DNA of 64,000 nt from IMG/VR virus record IMGVR_UViG_3300042562_001169. The stretch is one strand, 5' to 3'. Of this stretch, positions 1-9,760 are shown piece after piece. Made by a program: the position numbers and the translations under genes. Under the pieces are notes generated by a model. The model was not told the DNA's origin, did no database searches, and saw nothing but the letters and a program-made list of their open reading frames with translations. This DNA comes from a virus. Its lineage: Duplodnaviria; Heunggongvirae; Uroviricota; Caudoviricetes. Every line of letters begins with the position of its first letter. Within the stretch, counting starts at the first letter, position 1.

Positions 1-58
1 TGATTTTAATTGTTCGTCAGTTACTTGTGGTTGCATAAATCTTTTTATTATAAATATA

Positions 59-409
59 TTAATCTACATTAATGTCTAGTGTTCTTATCATCCACATAGG
101 TTTTTCTTTGGATTCTATTGCTTGTAACCATTCACGAGGTGTTGGAACGTAATTGAAACAATCTTCTTTTATATGGTCGGTTAATATATATCGTGTATAA
201 ACAACTTTCCCATCTGAGTTGGTAAAGTGACTACCAAACCTTTGTTCTGCTTCGTGAATACCCATACTATGATGTCTGAACATTCTGTGTATTGAGTGTG
301 GCACCCAAAGTTTGCTTTCGTCTAGCCATTCGTGAAGGAATAGATAGTCGGTGTATAGTCCGCCATATTTTTTTGCGGATGATTTTGCGTGGATTACTGA
401 ATGTGCCAT
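59..409 (-). CDS. hypothetical protein (116 aa, His-rich)
   Basis: Clean ORF ending before the divergent junction at 410-475. No motif recognised. Confidence 0.5.
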   Translation of the reverse strand: MAHSVIHAKSSAKKYGGLYTDYLFLHEWLDESKLWVPHSIHRMFRHHSMGIHEAEQRFGSHFTNSDGKVVYTRYILTDHIKEDCFNYVPTPREWLQAIESKEKPMWMIRTLDINVD

Positions 410-475
410 AAATTTGATATTTTATTTGGTTATTAACTATTTATAATTATAATTAAAATTACCACATAGAAAAGA

Positions 476-994
476 ATGAAATTAATAATAACGGAATCCA
501 AACATAAGAGCGTCGTATTCAAATACTTTGATAAGTTTGGGGGTGAGGTAGATAATCAATTCATCAATATGTTTAAGTTGGATGATAGAACTGGTATGGT
601 TAGTTATGATGATGCTTACAAATACTTAATTGAGTGGAGAGGTGAGGAAGAATCAAAAGAACTTGCCAAAACTTTATTACTTCAGAATCCCCATCATATA
701 GATGAGTATGGTGGATACGATTTCTTCTTTGAGGTGGATGACATTGACTATTGGGAATTGGATGAAAAACAACCAAATGTTGTTGTTAGTGTAAAAGTTA
801 ATGATTTGTCGGGAACAGTTACCGTTTCAAATGGTGAGAATAGAACATTAGAAGATGCGTTAAATGATGATGATTATGGGTGGGAAGTTAGTGACGAGGT
901 TCAGTGGGGTATAAATGATTATTTCAAGGAGAACATAACATCAAAAACAGGAATTAAAGTAATATTTGATTCAGAATATATTAGTCAACAATAA
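476..994 (+). CDS. MKIIITE-family paralog (N-term MKLIITESKHK...VFKYFD; C-term WG..YFKEN..KV)
   Basis: ATG start. Carries the conserved N-terminal signature shared by many ORFs in this window. Confidence 0.6.
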   Translation: MKLIITESKHKSVVFKYFDKFGGEVDNQFINMFKLDDRTGMVSYDDAYKYLIEWRGEEESKELAKTLLLQNPHHIDEYGGYDFFFEVDDIDYWELDEKQPNVVVSVKVNDLSGTVTVSNGENRTLEDALNDDDYGWEVSDEVQWGINDYFKENITSKTGIKVIFDSEYISQQ

Positions 995-995
995 T

Positions 996-2027
996 ATGAA
1001 GCCACATTTACAAGAATATATAGACGAATTTAATTCCGGAGAATTTGAAGATTTACTTGGATTCTTTGGTAGTATGGAACAAATACTTAAGTTCTTCCAT
1101 AAACAAAATCTATTACAATATATTGACCCTTTTGACGATAATTTAAGTGATTATCAACTAGAGATACTGAATTACTTATTAAACGTCTTAAACGATAAAG
1201 AAACATTAAAATATTGTATAGCTCAATTAGATGATATAGAATTTAAAGATGATGGATGTTATTTAAGAATTACAGATAAAGAAGACTTAGCTGAGTTGTT
1301 TGATAATAATGGAAGAAATTTAACTGCAAGAGATTATGTTAAAGCCATATTTGGTGAAGATAATTGGGAACATTACAGCAATACTACCGATGATGTATAT
1401 AGAGATGTTATTGAAGAGTTGAACCCCGAGAACATAGAACGATTAAAACAACATATGTTAGATGTGTTAACTAATTGGAAAATTGAGGTTGATGATAGTT
1501 CACCTGATTTATTTAACAATTATTCTGAAGAAGGTATTTTTTATTTAACACCGGAGAATGTTGGTGATGTTATTGGTGATGAAGAATCATTTATGTATTT
1601 ACTTGATAATGATTATTTACCTGATGTAACCGGTGACTTATATAGTATTCATTCCAATGCTTATAACAATGCGTATGAAACAGAAATATATAATGACGCT
1701 ATGAGTGAATTAGAAACATTCTTTGATGTGAAATCGGGTAAATGGGAATCAAGACCAACAAGTCATAATCCTGACAAACTTATTGAAACCTATATAATAA
1801 AATTTAATCCAAACGAGGTTGTTAATTCTATTAAGAAATTTGTTGCGGATACTAGTAATTGGGGGTATTATGCGAATAACCTTGATTATGTTACTAGTTG
1901 GTTAAATATGATGAATACTTTTATGGACAATGGTGATGAACCTTGGCTTGACTTTAGAATGCCGGATTACCCGGATAGTGGTTTAGTTGATAAATACATA
2001 AATGAAATATTTCCTGACTACATATAA
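996..2027 (+). CDS. hypothetical protein (~343 aa)
   Basis: The track start at 966 is TTG. The first ATG is at 996, immediately after the upstream stop (992-994), giving a coupled arrangement. Confidence 0.55.
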   Translation: MKPHLQEYIDEFNSGEFEDLLGFFGSMEQILKFFHKQNLLQYIDPFDDNLSDYQLEILNYLLNVLNDKETLKYCIAQLDDIEFKDDGCYLRITDKEDLAELFDNNGRNLTARDYVKAIFGEDNWEHYSNTTDDVYRDVIEELNPENIERLKQHMLDVLTNWKIEVDDSSPDLFNNYSEEGIFYLTPENVGDVIGDEESFMYLLDNDYLPDVTGDLYSIHSNAYNNAYETEIYNDAMSELETFFDVKSGKWESRPTSHNPDKLIETYIIKFNPNEVVNSIKKFVADTSNWGYYANNLDYVTSWLNMMNTFMDNGDEPWLDFRMPDYPDSGLVDKYINEIFPDYI

Positions 2028-2392
2028 TGGAAGATAGAAAAATAGAATCAATTAAAAAAAACATCGTTAAATTGTTTGATGAGGTTATGGTTATAGAAGG
2101 TCAATATGGTATGCCTTATTCTAGTGGTGAGGATTATGCGGATTGGTCTGTTACTTATAAGATTGATAAAATTAGTCTTTGGAACGTCACACGATATAAA
2201 CGTTGTCAATATGGTGGGACCATATATCTTAATCCAATTGAAATTAAGGTTGGGTTTGAAGGTGATTGGGAATATATGAAATACATCACAGATTTACCAA
2301 GTTGGATTGAAGATGAAATTAAAGATTCAATTCTTGATGAGGTTGAAACTTGGTTTCCCAATGTTTGTGCGGATGTTGATTTTTCTTATTAA
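2027..2392 (+). CDS. hypothetical protein (121 aa; C-term ...TWFPNV, family-like)
   Basis: ATG overlaps the upstream stop (ATGG/TAATGG coupling). Confidence 0.5.
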   Translation: MEDRKIESIKKNIVKLFDEVMVIEGQYGMPYSSGEDYADWSVTYKIDKISLWNVTRYKRCQYGGTIYLNPIEIKVGFEGDWEYMKYITDLPSWIEDEIKDSILDEVETWFPNVCADVDFSY

Positions 2393-3045
2393 GTCAAACC
2401 ATTTCCAAATCTATCGAAATATCCAATAACAGCGTTTGAATACATATATGTGCTATCATACATATTTTTATTATTAATTATTTCTGTTATAATGTGCCAA
2501 ACCAAGTCTAATTCTTGTTCTTGAGCACTCTCGTTATAGACAAAGCTTTCAATAAATTCCCCAAGTGCGTCATCATCAATTTCTCCACCGTTAATCATTG
2601 GGTTAGTTAATTCCAACGATAAATAAAAATTAAACATTTCATGGTCTTCGTAACCAATATCCCAATTCAATACGTAACATTCCGAATTAAGTTTTTCTTC
2701 ATCATGTAACTCAATAGATGTAAAATTACTACACTTGTCATTAATTTTCTGTCTTAATTCTTGGTTAATATAAAAGTATCTTATGTTACCTACTCTACAA
2801 TATTTTTCATAAATGTCTTTTCCCCACTCTGGTAAATCTTTGGTTCCGGTCATTACCATAAAGTCGTATAGTGATTCCTCAAGGTGTCCATCAACAACAA
2901 AATTACTGTAAGATATATCGTTAGGGTTTTCTATATCCCATTCAATAGAGTCCTCGTTAAGTTGAGGATATAATAATAATCCATTGATATTAAGGGGCGT
3001 ATCTATGGTTTTAAGAAATAGTCGTAATAATTTATCTTTGTTCAT
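2389..3045 (-). CDS. hypothetical protein (218 aa)
   Basis: Long ORF convergent with the 2027-2392 gene. Confidence 0.5.
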   Translation of the reverse strand: MNKDKLLRLFLKTIDTPLNINGLLLYPQLNEDSIEWDIENPNDISYSNFVVDGHLEESLYDFMVMTGTKDLPEWGKDIYEKYCRVGNIRYFYINQELRQKINDKCSNFTSIELHDEEKLNSECYVLNWDIGYEDHEMFNFYLSLELTNPMINGGEIDDDALGEFIESFVYNESAQEQELDLVWHIITEIINNKNMYDSTYMYSNAVIGYFDRFGNGLT

Positions 3046-3087
3046 AACAATAAATATATATATTTATATAAATAATGAATATAGTTT

Positions 3088-3633
3088 ATGGGAAAATTTG
3101 AAAGTTGGTTGCAAAATTTAATTGAAAAAGAAGGATTTGACGAGGCTAAGTCAATGTTGGGTTTAACCACAATAGAATTAATTCAGAAAAGTGATTGTCA
3201 AATAGATTTTGAGATGGCAAATTATATTCTTGATTATTTATTTAGGGAAAAACTATTTCCTTGGAAATATAAAAAATGTCAATTAAGTTATGATGGGTTT
3301 AGTGGTGTAGTTAATTGGGACTGTGATTGGAGTGGTGATTTTTATAATGATTATAATGATGAAACAACATCTAGTATGGCGACACCATTTTGGGATGGTT
3401 ATGGTAATATTCCCGTTGACACTGAATTATATAAGGCGGTGGATTCAAATAATAATGGGATTTTATTAGGACCTGATGATTTGGATAATAGTCAATCTTA
3501 CACTTCTATTGAGTGGAATAAAAAATTTGATAATCTTGCCTCATACAGTATGTGGATAAGAAGATTTTACTTACCTAACGTTTATGAAGCAATCTCACAA
3601 CATTTGGATAATTATCGTAATTACGAAGATTAA
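3088..3633 (+). CDS. hypothetical protein (181 aa)
   Basis: ORF preceded by an atatttatataaat motif. Confidence 0.5.
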   Translation: MGKFESWLQNLIEKEGFDEAKSMLGLTTIELIQKSDCQIDFEMANYILDYLFREKLFPWKYKKCQLSYDGFSGVVNWDCDWSGDFYNDYNDETTSSMATPFWDGYGNIPVDTELYKAVDSNNNGILLGPDDLDNSQSYTSIEWNKKFDNLASYSMWIRRFYLPNVYEAISQHLDNYRNYED

Positions 3634-4448
3634 ATTAAAATTCTCTCGTCTGTTTTCTTTAGATATAAATCTTTTGTGTCTTTAGTTACATATAATAATA
3701 CGTCACCATTGTCATATTCTGTGTAATCATCAACAATTTCCTCAGACATACCCAACAATATTGTTTGGGAATTAAACCCAAAATTTTTAGCATCTTCTCC
3801 ATCTAATTGTTCGTCAGGTTTTGCTTTGAAGAAATAATCTTTCCAACGACCACTCCAAGATATATAATCTAAATATTGAATCTCAACTTGTTCATCACTA
3901 TATATATTTCCTGTTGCGTCACAATTTGAACAATTTACGTCTCCATCGCCACCACAATAATTGCAAGATTCTTCTCCACTACCATTACATCTTCCACAAG
4001 TCATTCTTCCGGAACCTTCACACATATCACATTCTTCACCGGCATCTTCATCCATACCTGAACCACCACAATAGTCACAATCTTCTTCACCATTACCATC
4101 GCAACGATTACATTCTGTTTCACCTGTTCCATCACAATAATCACAAGGTTCGCGTCCGTTATGACAATCAGGACAATCAACTTCAGGTTCGGTATTGTAG
4201 ATTTCAATTAACTCAACGGAATACATATTGGTTTCAATTCTGTCATAAGCTTCATCAATGTCTTGTTCCTTATTATTAATAGGAATTAAGAAACTATAAA
4301 AAATAACATCTTCAGGTGACATTCTATCTAATAATGGTTTGAAGTGTTTATCATTCCATAAAGATTGGTATACGGAGTTAGGTGATGAGTAGTCATCAAA
4401 GTAGTTTGCCGTTTTCTTAACTAATGAAAGTAATTTGTGTTTTTCCAT
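3630..4448 (-). CDS. Cys-rich protein with 8 tandem CxxCxGxG motifs (DnaJ-type zinc-finger-like repeats)
   Basis: CPDCHNG..CDYCDGTG..CNRCDGNG..CDYCGGSG..CDMCEGSG..CGRCNGSG..CNYCGGDG..CSNCDATG read directly from the translation. Confidence 0.6.
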   Translation of the reverse strand: MEKHKLLSLVKKTANYFDDYSSPNSVYQSLWNDKHFKPLLDRMSPEDVIFYSFLIPINNKEQDIDEAYDRIETNMYSVELIEIYNTEPEVDCPDCHNGREPCDYCDGTGETECNRCDGNGEEDCDYCGGSGMDEDAGEECDMCEGSGRMTCGRCNGSGEESCNYCGGDGDVNCSNCDATGNIYSDEQVEIQYLDYISWSGRWKDYFFKAKPDEQLDGEDAKNFGFNSQTILLGMSEEIVDDYTEYDNGDVLLYVTKDTKDLYLKKTDERILI

Positions 4449-4479
4449 AATATTTTAGATTACAAATATATTTATAAAT

Positions 4480-5565
4480 ATGAGAATTATAATTAAAGAA
4501 AACCAATATTTTAAAATATTAGAGAATACTGATATAGAACCGTCAAAAACAACTATTAAAAACATTTGTGATAGTGAGAAGTTCTGTAAAGCCCAAGGTA
4601 AGATTACCTTTGGTCAGTTACGAGCAATTGTTGAGAGTGCTACAAAACAAAGAATATTTAAACACGTTGGTGAAGGTGGTGTTAAAGCGACAATTAGATT
4701 ATTGCCTTGGTTCTTACCACAACTTATGATTCCTGGTATTGTTGGTGGAGTTATTAGAGCCGTTAACAAAATATTAAAACCAAGTTTAACTGAAACTGAA
4801 AATTATAAAACTTTTTGGGGTAAAGTAATTCTTAAATCATTTCAGGTTGCTGAGGGTGATTTACATTTAAGTGACCCCTTCTCTAAGATATTCTTCATAT
4901 CCGATGGTTTAATGACTATGATGGATGATAAATATAAAATTAGGTTTGCTAGACATATTGCAGAAATTGCTTCAAACAAACCGGATGACGAAGAAGTTCC
5001 TGAGTATTTTGTTGAGAATGAGTTAAGACATTGGGTTAACGATAAGTTTTTATTGGACCCACCATTATCATCAAGGTTAAACGAACAAGAGGAAATTGTG
5101 GATACAACACCCAACTTTAATAAATTAGTTTATCTACCTGAAGAGAAAGCTATGATTGGTGCCTATATGATTACCGGGGATAGTGGGAAGATGATTGATG
5201 TATTAAACATTCACGAACAATTGGATAATGCTGGTTTGTTTATGGATGGTGCGGAATCATACAACATTCATATATTCTTTAGTAAGTTACCAAAATCTCA
5301 AATAGAAATGTTAGGTCCGGTTGAAGGTAAAGAAGGTTTTGAATTTATTAAAATACCTTATTGGTTGTATAAGAAAATGTCTACAGAATTATCTATCAGA
5401 CGATACACAAAATTAAAAAGATTATCGATTGCTCGAAGTCAGGTAAATGATTACTTTCTTAAATTAATTAACAATCCGGATGTTGAGAGGTATTTTAATA
5501 TAGTTGATACGGATGATATTAGTCAACAAAGATTTAAATCATATCAAAGACATTACAAACCTTAA
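4480..5565 (+). CDS. hypothetical protein, 361 aa (N-term MRIIIKENQYFKIL, family-like leader)
   Basis: Long ORF preceded by the tatatttataaat motif 4 nt before the ATG. Confidence 0.55.
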   Translation: MRIIIKENQYFKILENTDIEPSKTTIKNICDSEKFCKAQGKITFGQLRAIVESATKQRIFKHVGEGGVKATIRLLPWFLPQLMIPGIVGGVIRAVNKILKPSLTETENYKTFWGKVILKSFQVAEGDLHLSDPFSKIFFISDGLMTMMDDKYKIRFARHIAEIASNKPDDEEVPEYFVENELRHWVNDKFLLDPPLSSRLNEQEEIVDTTPNFNKLVYLPEEKAMIGAYMITGDSGKMIDVLNIHEQLDNAGLFMDGAESYNIHIFFSKLPKSQIEMLGPVEGKEGFEFIKIPYWLYKKMSTELSIRRYTKLKRLSIARSQVNDYFLKLINNPDVERYFNIVDTDDISQQRFKSYQRHYKP

Positions 5566-6056
5566 ACAATTCTAAAGGTAGTGTCATCAATAGAATCGTC
5601 AGTAGTCTCAGAATTATAAATGTCGGTGTCAATCAAATCTCCATCCCAAACTGAGTAGTCACCCTCTTGATTCATTCCACGAGCGTAGTTAAATATATCA
5701 CCTTTTTCTGAGCTATAAGTTTCAATTTGATGTCTATATGTTTGTTTAACCCACTGAGTTTCCCACAAATACCAATCAAATTCTACTTTTTTAAATGTTG
5801 GTTTATTAAGGTTGTTGGTTAATCTATCTTCTTCAAACAAATCTTCATTCAATTTCCAAACATTATAAATGTAATCACAATCAAGTGAGCTATCGTTACC
5901 TCTAATTCCAAGAGTCGATTCAATAGTTTCAACACCTTCTTGTAATTCATAATCTTGGGATGATTCCAACGTTTCAAAATCAACCTCTTCCATCACCATT
6001 TTAATGAACTTAAATAGGGTTTTGTCGGGTATTGTGTCAAAGATACTTGCGCTCAT
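5562..6056 (-). CDS. hypothetical highly acidic protein (164 aa)
   Basis: D/E-rich composition. Possible DNA-mimic candidate. Confidence 0.5.
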   Translation of the reverse strand: MSASIFDTIPDKTLFKFIKMVMEEVDFETLESSQDYELQEGVETIESTLGIRGNDSSLDCDYIYNVWKLNEDLFEEDRLTNNLNKPTFKKVEFDWYLWETQWVKQTYRHQIETYSSEKGDIFNYARGMNQEGDYSVWDGDLIDTDIYNSETTDDSIDDTTFRIV

Positions 6057-6113
6057 AAAAGTTTTTTATAATAAATATGACGGATTAAAAAAAAATGTCT
6101 ATATTTGCCTCAT

Positions 6114-6845
6114 ATGGCACGACAAGCATTATATGATGATTTAGATTTAGTTTCCCGAGGTTATAGAATTAACCCCGATTGGAACAGGAATTTCCGTGAG
6201 GACCAAGATAAGGTAACCAAAGTAGTTAATGGAATTTTGGATATGAATTTAGGACCTTACATTAACCAAGAAAGAACAATGTTGTCAGAGTTTTATTTCA
6301 CAAAGTATTGGGGTGTTGGGAACTATTGTTTTGTTTATAAAATGAAAGAAGAATATAATCAAACTGAAGTTCTTATTGGGGCTATTATGGAATCAACGGA
6401 TGAAGTATTAAGATGGTATGACTTGACTACTATGATTAATTTCAATATTATTATCATCACACCACATAGAACAATTAGAAAAACTTATTTGGATTTGTTA
6501 TATGAATATGTTACTATGGCGGCTAACGGTAGATTTTTCTCAGCTCAAGATGTGATTCTTAATCACCCAAGAATTCAACAAATGAAAGAATGGGTTACAA
6601 GATATAGAGAATATGATAGAGTAACAAGAAAAACTGTTTTGAGTGACCACCCATATTCTAGAATGGAAAAAAATGGAGAACACGGTGAAATTCTACAATT
6701 AAGGTATGATGTTGATTCTAGAAAGAGAGAAACGATGAATCAATATATTGGTGGTGGACAACAAATGAGTTATTCTATAGAACAAAGACAAAGAGTTGAA
6801 AAAGAAAGTTTAATAACAAGAATAAAAAATAAAATAAAATGGTAA
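6114..6845 (+). CDS. hypothetical protein (~243 aa)
   Basis: The track start at 6105 is TTG. The ATG at 6114 lies 6 nt after a TAtaTTTG box (6100-6107). Confidence 0.5.
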   Translation: MARQALYDDLDLVSRGYRINPDWNRNFREDQDKVTKVVNGILDMNLGPYINQERTMLSEFYFTKYWGVGNYCFVYKMKEEYNQTEVLIGAIMESTDEVLRWYDLTTMINFNIIIITPHRTIRKTYLDLLYEYVTMAANGRFFSAQDVILNHPRIQQMKEWVTRYREYDRVTRKTVLSDHPYSRMEKNGEHGEILQLRYDVDSRKRETMNQYIGGGQQMSYSIEQRQRVEKESLITRIKNKIKW

Positions 6846-7051
6846 ATATGCAAACATTAGTGTTTAATAGTACAGAGAAAACAGCTGTACTTAAAGAAGG
6901 GTTTAGAGGAATGGAATTACTAAACTTTAAAGATGTTCCAACAGTAAAAGTTGAGAACGGGTATTACGAGGTAATGCAAATACAAGGAGAACAAAAAGTT
7001 CCGGTGTTAAGAGTACCAATGGCGAATACGAATATGTTAATTCAAAAATAA
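6839..7051 (+). CDS. hypothetical small protein
   Basis: Short ORF in a co-oriented block. Confidence 0.35.
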   Translation: MVNMQTLVFNSTEKTAVLKEGFRGMELLNFKDVPTVKVENGYYEVMQIQGEQKVPVLRVPMANTNMLIQK

Positions 7052-7052
7052 T

Positions 7053-7568
7053 ATGAACTACGTAGATTGGTGTATTGAACAACACCGTAAAACAAATCAT
7101 TTCTACGACAGATATTTGCCGTATGAATTTCACCTACGAATGGTGAACAATGTGTATGAGGATTTTCAACACCTATTAGATGAGGAGTTAAATGATTATT
7201 GTGGTAAAGCTGTTTGGGCTCACGATACAATAGAAGACACACGAGTATCTTATAATGATGTAAAAAATCAATTAGGAGATGAAGTTGCTGATATCGTTTA
7301 CGCAGTTACCAACGACAAAGGTAAGAATCGTAAAGAGAGAGCGGGAGACAGATACTATGAGGGTATTAGAAATACTCCGGGAGCTGTGTTTGTGAAACTA
7401 TGTGATAGAATTGCGAACGTTCAGTATGGTAAGATGACTAAATCTCGTATGTTTGAGATGTATAAAAAAGAAAACCCCGAGTTCATCCGTCAGTTGGGGT
7501 ATGATATGAACGAGTACAATGTATATGGGGATGTGTTCCATTATTTGAATAATTTATTTAGAGATTAA
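7053..7568 (+). CDS. HD-domain protein resembling the RelA/SpoT (p)ppGpp hydrolase domain (small alarmone hydrolase-like)
   Basis: Motifs HDTIEDT, LGDEVADIVYAVT and VKLCDRIANV match the SpoT/Mesh1 HD-domain blocks HDVIEDT ... VKLADRLHNM. Confidence 0.6.
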   Translation: MNYVDWCIEQHRKTNHFYDRYLPYEFHLRMVNNVYEDFQHLLDEELNDYCGKAVWAHDTIEDTRVSYNDVKNQLGDEVADIVYAVTNDKGKNRKERAGDRYYEGIRNTPGAVFVKLCDRIANVQYGKMTKSRMFEMYKKENPEFIRQLGYDMNEYNVYGDVFHYLNNLFRD

Positions 7569-7572
7569 AAAT

Positions 7573-7821
7573 ATGGAAGATTTATTAAAGTTTGTATTTA
7601 GATTTGTGTTATGGATGGCTTGGTTTACGACCACAATTATTGGTCTTAATCTTCTTAATCAAAAAGTTGATTGGCAAAACTATTTGGGTGTTTTTATCCT
7701 TTGTCTATCTCTATTGTGTGTTGTTTATTATGTTAAAAATAATTTCCACACACTATTAAATGTTGTAAAAGATAATTTATCAAAAATGGTGGTGTATTTA
7801 AAAAAAATGTTTAAAAAATAA
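7573..7821 (+). CDS. small 2-TM membrane protein
   Basis: Hydrophobic segments. Paralogous N-terminus (M..LLKFV) with the next ORF. Confidence 0.45.
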   Translation: MEDLLKFVFRFVLWMAWFTTTIIGLNLLNQKVDWQNYLGVFILCLSLLCVVYYVKNNFHTLLNVVKDNLSKMVVYLKKMFKK

Positions 7822-7826
7822 AAGAT

Positions 7827-8057
7827 ATGAAAAGTTTATTAAAGTTTTTAGGAGTATTAGTTGTGTTGTTTGTTTGGGTTGAATTGATTAACTTATCGTT
7901 CTATCTTATGGATTTATCTGACACCTATATTTTCTATGGTGGGGTTTTATTGTTGGCGTTGATAACAGTTGGACCAATCCTTTATTTTGGGGATAACATT
8001 GTAATGTTCTTGAAGAATATGAAAGGTGTTTTTAGTAGTGAGGAAAAAAAAGAATAA
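7827..8057 (+). CDS. small 2-TM membrane protein (paralog of 7573-7821)
   Basis: MKSLLKFLGVLVVLF...; tandem duplicate. Confidence 0.45.
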   Translation: MKSLLKFLGVLVVLFVWVELINLSFYLMDLSDTYIFYGGVLLLALITVGPILYFGDNIVMFLKNMKGVFSSEEKKE

Positions 8058-8085
8058 AAAAAATTGTATGTTAAACAAAATTGAG

Positions 8086-8093
8086 TATCTTTG
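8086..8093 (+). promoter_or_regulatory. Bacteroidota-type -7 box TAtcTTTG, with TTG at 8064-8066 as the -33 element
   Basis: Matches the TTTG / TAnnTTTG consensus of Bacteroidetes sigma-A promoters. Spacing about 19 nt, upstream of the 8133 gene. Confidence 0.5.
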
Positions 8094-8132
8094 TACTCTA
8101 ATTAAAAAATAATAATTTAAAAAAGTAAAAAA

Positions 8133-8972
8133 ATGAAAAGAATTTTAGCGATTGTGGGTGTAGTGGTATTGTTTTTAGCAGTATTTAATTCGTGTGAAGT
8201 AATTGATGCAGGACACGTAGGGGTTAAAGTTGATATGTATGGTTCCGGTAAAGGTGTCAATAACGTAACAGCGTGTACAGGATGGGTATTTTATAATCCT
8301 GTTACAACAAAGGTTTATGAGTTTCCAACTTTTATCCAACACAAAGAGTATAAGAATACTGAGGATGGGGACAACTCTTTCACGGTTAATACAAAAGATG
8401 GTTCCGAGTTCAGAGTATCTCCTATCTTAAACTACTCTGTAAGTGCCGATAAAGCTCCTTCAATCTTTGCGAAGTATAGAAGAACGTTACCGGAGTTAGA
8501 GGAAGGTTTCTTAAAGACGGCTATTTACGACGCATTCCGATTGGCGACCAATAAGTATACCGCAGAACAATTAATCTCTAATAGAGCACTGTTTGAAGTT
8601 GAAGTAAGAAAGTTGTTAGAATCACAGGTTGTTAAAGAAGGATTTATTGTGAATCAATTTACGTCTAATTTAGAATACCCAACATCGTTCAAGAATGCAA
8701 TTAACGCTAAGAACAACGCGGTACAGGCGGCATTAACCGCGGAGAATCAAGTACAGACTGCGACAGCTCAAGCTAAGATTAAAGTGGCGAAAGCACAAGG
8801 GGACGCTGAGGCTTTGTTAACAAACGCAAGAGCTGAGGCAGAATCAAACAAGTTGAGACAATCTACTTTAACACCAATGTTGTTACAACAACAATGGATT
8901 GAGAAATGGGATGGAGCACTTCCAAGTACTCAATTGGCTTCCGGAGCAAACACAATGTACGGATTAAAATAA
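8133..8972 (+). CDS. SPFH/band-7 (prohibitin/stomatin-like) lipoprotein
   Basis: Lipobox VFNSC after a signal peptide. Band-7 core followed by an Ala/Gln-rich coiled coil (AQAKIKVAKAQGDAEALL). Confidence 0.7.
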   Translation: MKRILAIVGVVVLFLAVFNSCEVIDAGHVGVKVDMYGSGKGVNNVTACTGWVFYNPVTTKVYEFPTFIQHKEYKNTEDGDNSFTVNTKDGSEFRVSPILNYSVSADKAPSIFAKYRRTLPELEEGFLKTAIYDAFRLATNKYTAEQLISNRALFEVEVRKLLESQVVKEGFIVNQFTSNLEYPTSFKNAINAKNNAVQAALTAENQVQTATAQAKIKVAKAQGDAEALLTNARAEAESNKLRQSTLTPMLLQQQWIEKWDGALPSTQLASGANTMYGLK

Positions 8973-8982
8973 TATTAATAAT

Positions 8983-9013
8983 GGAAAAGGGGTGAGATAA
9001 TTACTCCTTTTCC
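8983..9013 (+). terminator. rho-independent-like hairpin
   Basis: Inverted repeat ggaaaagggg...actccttttcc. Confidence 0.45.
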
Positions 9014-9035
9014 TATAATAAAATAAAAAAAAATT

Positions 9036-9395
9036 ATGTTAGGATTAGTATTGGTAGGATTATTGATTATAGATTTAATTCTCTTCGTGTCGTTTGAGTT
9101 AGTCAACATTAACGTATGTGGGTACCCACCAAAAGATGAGGATGTTTTAGAGTTCCTTGAGAAAGTTAAAAAAAGTAACCCATCACTTTTAGATGGTGCT
9201 AAACCGGATAGTATGTTACGTTCAAATGGTAACCCGTTTATCTCAAATAGTTTAAAAACTGTTTTAATGGGTTGTTATATTAATGATGTCGGTACAATAC
9301 CAAGATGGTATAAGTCGTATGGTGAGATTCAAAAATTATATGTTGAGTTGGGTGCGAATAGTAGTAAAACAAAAAAAGAAAAATTAGGATTATGA
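9036..9395 (+). CDS. membrane-anchored hypothetical protein (ends ...EKLGL)
   Basis: N-terminal TM segment. Tandem paralog of the next ORF. Confidence 0.45.
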   Translation: MLGLVLVGLLIIDLILFVSFELVNINVCGYPPKDEDVLEFLEKVKKSNPSLLDGAKPDSMLRSNGNPFISNSLKTVLMGCYINDVGTIPRWYKSYGEIQKLYVELGANSSKTKKEKLGL

Positions 9396-9760
9396 TAACA
9401 CTTTTAGTAATATTAGTAATTATTGTGTCAATAGTTTTAGTGGCGGTGGAAATAGTTAATTTATTTGAATTTGGTATACCCCCAAACGATTCTGACATTT
9501 TAGAGATGGTGGAAAAGTATGAGGTTGAGTACGAGGTAGATAAAAAATGGAACGATAAGTTTAAACTTAAAGCTTCTTATAGGTCAAACACTCCTAATAT
9601 AAATCAAACACAGTATAGTATTATATTTCCATACTACATAAGTGATGTAGGTTTAGTACCAATTTGGTATAAATCCACAAAAATAATTGAACAATTATTT
9701 AAAGACAAAATTGCAAAGTCTAAGTATAAAATAACAACAAGAGAAAAATTAGGATTATGA
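9392..9760 (+). CDS. membrane-anchored hypothetical protein (paralog, ends ...REKLGL)
   Basis: Start overlaps the upstream stop. Shares the YPPKDEDVLEFLEK/IPPNDSDILEMVEK core with the previous ORF. Confidence 0.45.
   Translation: MITLLVILVIIVSIVLVAVEIVNLFEFGIPPNDSDILEMVEKYEVEYEVDKKWNDKFKLKASYRSNTPNINQTQYSIIFPYYISDVGLVPIWYKSTKIIEQLFKDKIAKSKYKITTREKLGL

Noticed and set aside
1-36. Partial minus-strand ORF starting at 36 and running off the window edge
   Set aside because: Only 12 codons are visible; no call is possible.
3914-4279. ORFs 3914-4279 (+) and 4001-4207 (-) lying inside the Cys-repeat gene
   Set aside because: Low-complexity His/Asn or Val/Ile-rich translations of the opposite strand or another frame of the well-supported 3630-4448 gene.
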